Made by a program: the position numbers and the translations under genes. From Acidobacteriota bacterium (GTDB lineage: Bacteria; Actinomycetota; Acidimicrobiia; Spongiisociales; UBA5794): DNA of 24,000 nt. Location: the NCBI GenBank assembly GCA_022566415.1, contig JADFIY010000003.1:14470-38469 (forward strand), read 5' to 3'. The first letter of the stretch is position 1, and every line of letters starts with the position of its first letter. The notes beneath the pieces are model-generated. The model had not been told where the DNA came from and made no database searches. It was given only the letters and a program-made list of their open reading frames with translations. This document shows positions 21,760-24,000 of the stretch, one piece after another.

Positions 21760-23010
21760 ATGCATTACGACTTCACCACGCTTCCCAATGGCCTGCGCAT
21801 CATCTCTCAAGACATGCCGGCGCTTCGATCGCTTGCCGTCGGCGTGTGGGTCGACACCGGCAGCCGCGACGAAACACCGGTCGAAGCGGGAGCCAGCCAC
21901 TTCCTCGAGCACCTCTTGTTCAAAGGATCAGAAGAGTGGCCGGCGGAGCGCATCAGCGAAACCTTCGATGCCATGGGGGCACGCCATAATGCCTTCACCT
22001 CCAAGGAATACACCGCCTACTGGGCCCGGATGCGGGATGTCGACCTACCCACCGGCATGGAGATCCTCGCCGAGATGGTACAGAAGCCGGCCTTCCGCCA
22101 AGAGGAGATCGATCTCGAGCGTGGCGTCGTGCTCGAAGAGATCAACATGAACGAGGACGATCCCCCCGACGTGGCGCACGAGCAGTTCGTTGAGACTTTG
22201 TGGGGATCGCACCCGTTGGCGCCGCCCATTCTCGGGACAAAGGATTCCATAACCGAGATGACCCGCGACACCGTGAGTGGGTACTGGGCGAGGCGCTACA
22301 CGCCGCGCTCGTGCGTGATTGCTGTCACCGGGCGCGTCGACCATGACGACCTGGTGGCCCTCGTCGAGAAGCATTGGAGTACGTGGGAGGGAGAAGCGAT
22401 CGACCGACCGCTCAGCACGCCGGACTACGAGTCGGGCGTCGGTGTGGTGCGGCGCGACACCGAACAGGCACACCTGGTGTTTGGCGGTCCCGGCCTCAAG
22501 CGCGACGACGAGCGGCGATTCGCTCTCATCGTCGCCGACCATGTCCTTGGCGGAGGGATGTCGAGCCGTCTGTTTCGAGAGATCCGCGAAAATCGCGGCC
22601 TCGCCTATGCGGTTCACTCATTCCGGAGCCCATTTGCCGACAGCGGATCCAATGCGGTGTACGTCGGCACGACGCCGGATCAGACCGCCGAAGTGCTGAA
22701 ACTCGTGCGCGGAGAGCTCGACAAAATGATGGACAGCGGCATCACCGAGGATGAGCTGGCGCGGGCGCGGGGAAACGTGCAGGGGTCGCTTGCAATCTCT
22801 CTCGAAGATGCAGATAGCCGGATGAACCGGCTCGGTCGCAACGAGATCACCGGTCTCGAGCATCTCTCCGTCGACGAGATCGTCGCCAGGGTCGATGCGG
22901 TCACCCTCGATGATGTGGTCGAGGCGGCCGGTGCTGCGTACGGAGGACCGTATGTGCTCGGCGCCACCGGTCCGTTCGATGTCGAGGATCTCAACGAGTT
23001 CGTCCAGTGA
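21760..23010 (+). CDS. M16 (pitrilysin) family zinc metallopeptidase
   Basis: 416 aa. Inverted zinc motif HFLEHLLFKG (HxxEH). The N-terminal TLPNGLRII is typical of the family. Confidence 0.92.
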   Translation: MHYDFTTLPNGLRIISQDMPALRSLAVGVWVDTGSRDETPVEAGASHFLEHLLFKGSEEWPAERISETFDAMGARHNAFTSKEYTAYWARMRDVDLPTGMEILAEMVQKPAFRQEEIDLERGVVLEEINMNEDDPPDVAHEQFVETLWGSHPLAPPILGTKDSITEMTRDTVSGYWARRYTPRSCVIAVTGRVDHDDLVALVEKHWSTWEGEAIDRPLSTPDYESGVGVVRRDTEQAHLVFGGPGLKRDDERRFALIVADHVLGGGMSSRLFREIRENRGLAYAVHSFRSPFADSGSNAVYVGTTPDQTAEVLKLVRGELDKMMDSGITEDELARARGNVQGSLAISLEDADSRMNRLGRNEITGLEHLSVDEIVARVDAVTLDDVVEAAGAAYGGPYVLGATGPFDVEDLNEFVQ

Positions 23011-23774
23011 TCGTAGGGGTCTCTGGCGCCGCCGGACGGATGGGCACCCTGGTCGCCGAGACCATCGAGGCAACCGACGACCTCGACCTTGGTCCGCTGT
23101 TCGACCCGAAGCATGCGGGCTCCACAATCGCCGGCGCCACCGTCGAGGGATCGCGACAGATCATGGCCGATGCCGATGTTGTCGTCGAGTTCACCTTGCC
23201 CGACGTCGTCGTAGGCAATCTCGACGTCTGGCAGAGACTTGGGTTGCACTGCGTGGTCGGTACCTCGGGGTTCGATGCCGACCGGATCGCCCAGGTGACC
23301 GAGCGATGGGGAAGCGGGCCTCCGAACTGCCTCATCGTTCCCAACTTCTCCATCGGGGCAGTGGTGACCATGCAACTTGCCGAGATCGCCGCCCCGCACT
23401 TTGCCGCAGCGGAGGTGATCGAGCTGCATCACGATCGCAAGGCCGACGCACCGTCCGGAACGGCCATCGCAACCGCCGAACGCATTGCAGCGGCGGCCAC
23501 ACAGCACCGACACACGGATTCAGCTGAACTCGTCGCCGGAGCCCGGGGGGCCGATGTCTCCGGGGTGCCGGTCCACGCGATTCGGCTGCCCGGTATCGTC
23601 GCCGACCAGATCGTCATTCTCGGAGGGACCGGCGAAACGATCACCATCCGGCACACCACCACCGACCGCACCGCGTTCATCCCCGGCGTTCTTGCCGCGA
23701 TACGCGGCGTCGCCGGACTCGAAAACCCCGTCACCGTCGGTCTAGAGGCGGTGCTGGAGAAACGTATTACGTAG
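23007..23774 (+). CDS. dapB: 4-hydroxy-tetrahydrodipicolinate reductase
   Basis: 255 aa. N-terminal GVSGAAGRMG dinucleotide fold and ELHHDRKADAPSGTA signature. The GTG start overlaps the M16 stop (GTGA at 23007-23010). Confidence 0.93.
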   Translation: MIVGVSGAAGRMGTLVAETIEATDDLDLGPLFDPKHAGSTIAGATVEGSRQIMADADVVVEFTLPDVVVGNLDVWQRLGLHCVVGTSGFDADRIAQVTERWGSGPPNCLIVPNFSIGAVVTMQLAEIAAPHFAAAEVIELHHDRKADAPSGTAIATAERIAAAATQHRHTDSAELVAGARGADVSGVPVHAIRLPGIVADQIVILGGTGETITIRHTTTDRTAFIPGVLAAIRGVAGLENPVTVGLEAVLEKRIT

Positions 23775-23794
23775 TTACGTACGAACTGGGGACT
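23762..23794. repeat. Short bipartite heptamer module (ACGTATT-type units + GGGGACT)
   Basis: ACGTATT ACGTAGT t ACGTACG AAC T GGGGACT. The first two units encode the last dapB codons and the stop (TAG 23772-23774). Confidence 0.8.
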
Positions 23795-23802
23795 CGGAGA
23801 GA

Positions 23803-23862
23803 ACGTATTACGTATTACGTATTACGTATTACGTACGAACCGGGAACTGGGAACTGGGAACT
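23803..23862. repeat. Expanded bipartite heptamer module (ACGTATT)4-ACGTACG-AACC-(GGGAACT)3
   Basis: ACGTATT x4 (23803-23830), ACGTACG (23831-23837), GGGAACT x3 (23842-23862). It ends 6 nt before the stop of the convergent gene. Confidence 0.95.
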
Positions 23863-23868
23863 GGCTGC

Positions 23869-24000
23869 TCAGTTCAACGCGGTTGCCAACTGACGCCGGT
23901 AGGGGAGGGTCAGCGGGTGCTCGTCGCCGAGGATCTCGAAGATGTCGACCATGGCGACCCGCGCCTCATCCTTATGCTCGCCCCTGCTCCGCACCACGAT
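23869..24000 (-). CDS. Partial CDS (C-terminal 43 codons), product unknown
   Basis: My own minus-strand translation reads IVVRSRGEHKDEARVAMVDIFEILGDEHPLTLPYRRQLATALN*, with stop TGA at 23871-23869. The frame is open to the window edge and third-position GC is high. Confidence 0.5.
   Translation of the reverse strand: MVVRSRGEHKDEARVAMVDIFEILGDEHPLTLPYRRQLATALN

Noticed and set aside
1-24000. Search for tRNA, rRNA, tmRNA, RNase P, SRP RNA, riboswitch signatures, transposase/integrase/RT genes and toxin-antitoxin pairs.
   Set aside because: I recognised none by eye in any intergenic region or ORF translation. Absence of structured RNAs cannot be proven without covariance-model scans.

Overview
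High-GC window, about 85-90% coding, that looks like actinobacterial core chromosome. Supporting markers are the M16 peptidase-dapB order, an Lhr helicase and a mycothiol-type DinB-fold enzyme. I support 22 CDS, two of them truncated by the window edges: partial Usp, ABC exporter, flavin reductase, SDR, DUF4032-like kinase-fold protein, a small coiled-coil protein, Lhr, TfoX-N-like protein, ECF sigma plus membrane partner, BtpA-family, MDMPI/DinB-family, LOG/PpnN-like, YajQ, CobS/MoxR-like AAA+, a 742-aa VWA protein, a small zinc-ribbon ORF, short AMP-nucleosidase-like protein, ArfB, SAM methyltransferase, M16 peptidase, DapB and a partial unknown CDS. I found no rRNA, tRNA, CRISPR array, transposase, integrase or reverse transcriptase. 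Three things are not explained by ordinary annotation. (1) A six-gene, tightly packed minus-strand cluster (12450-18842) led by a CobT-like VWA protein carrying an HEAVH motif and a CobS-like AAA+ with deviant Walker motifs, followed by YajQ, LOG, DinB-fold and BtpA genes. This is my best candidate for an undescribed system, though its function is inference only. (2) A structured repeat of about 92 nt present at three loci. Two of these form inverted arms of about 155 bp bracketing a flavin reductase + SDR cassette (2377-4146). (3) A family of heptanucleotide tandem arrays (AAGTCGC, GGGAWCT, TCTCGAC, ACGTATT and degenerate relatives) sitting at the boundaries of transcription units, plus a 525-bp G-run-rich repeat region (18843-19367). 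All motif and coordinate statements were read directly from the sequence. Family assignments come from recognised motifs, not from database searches.
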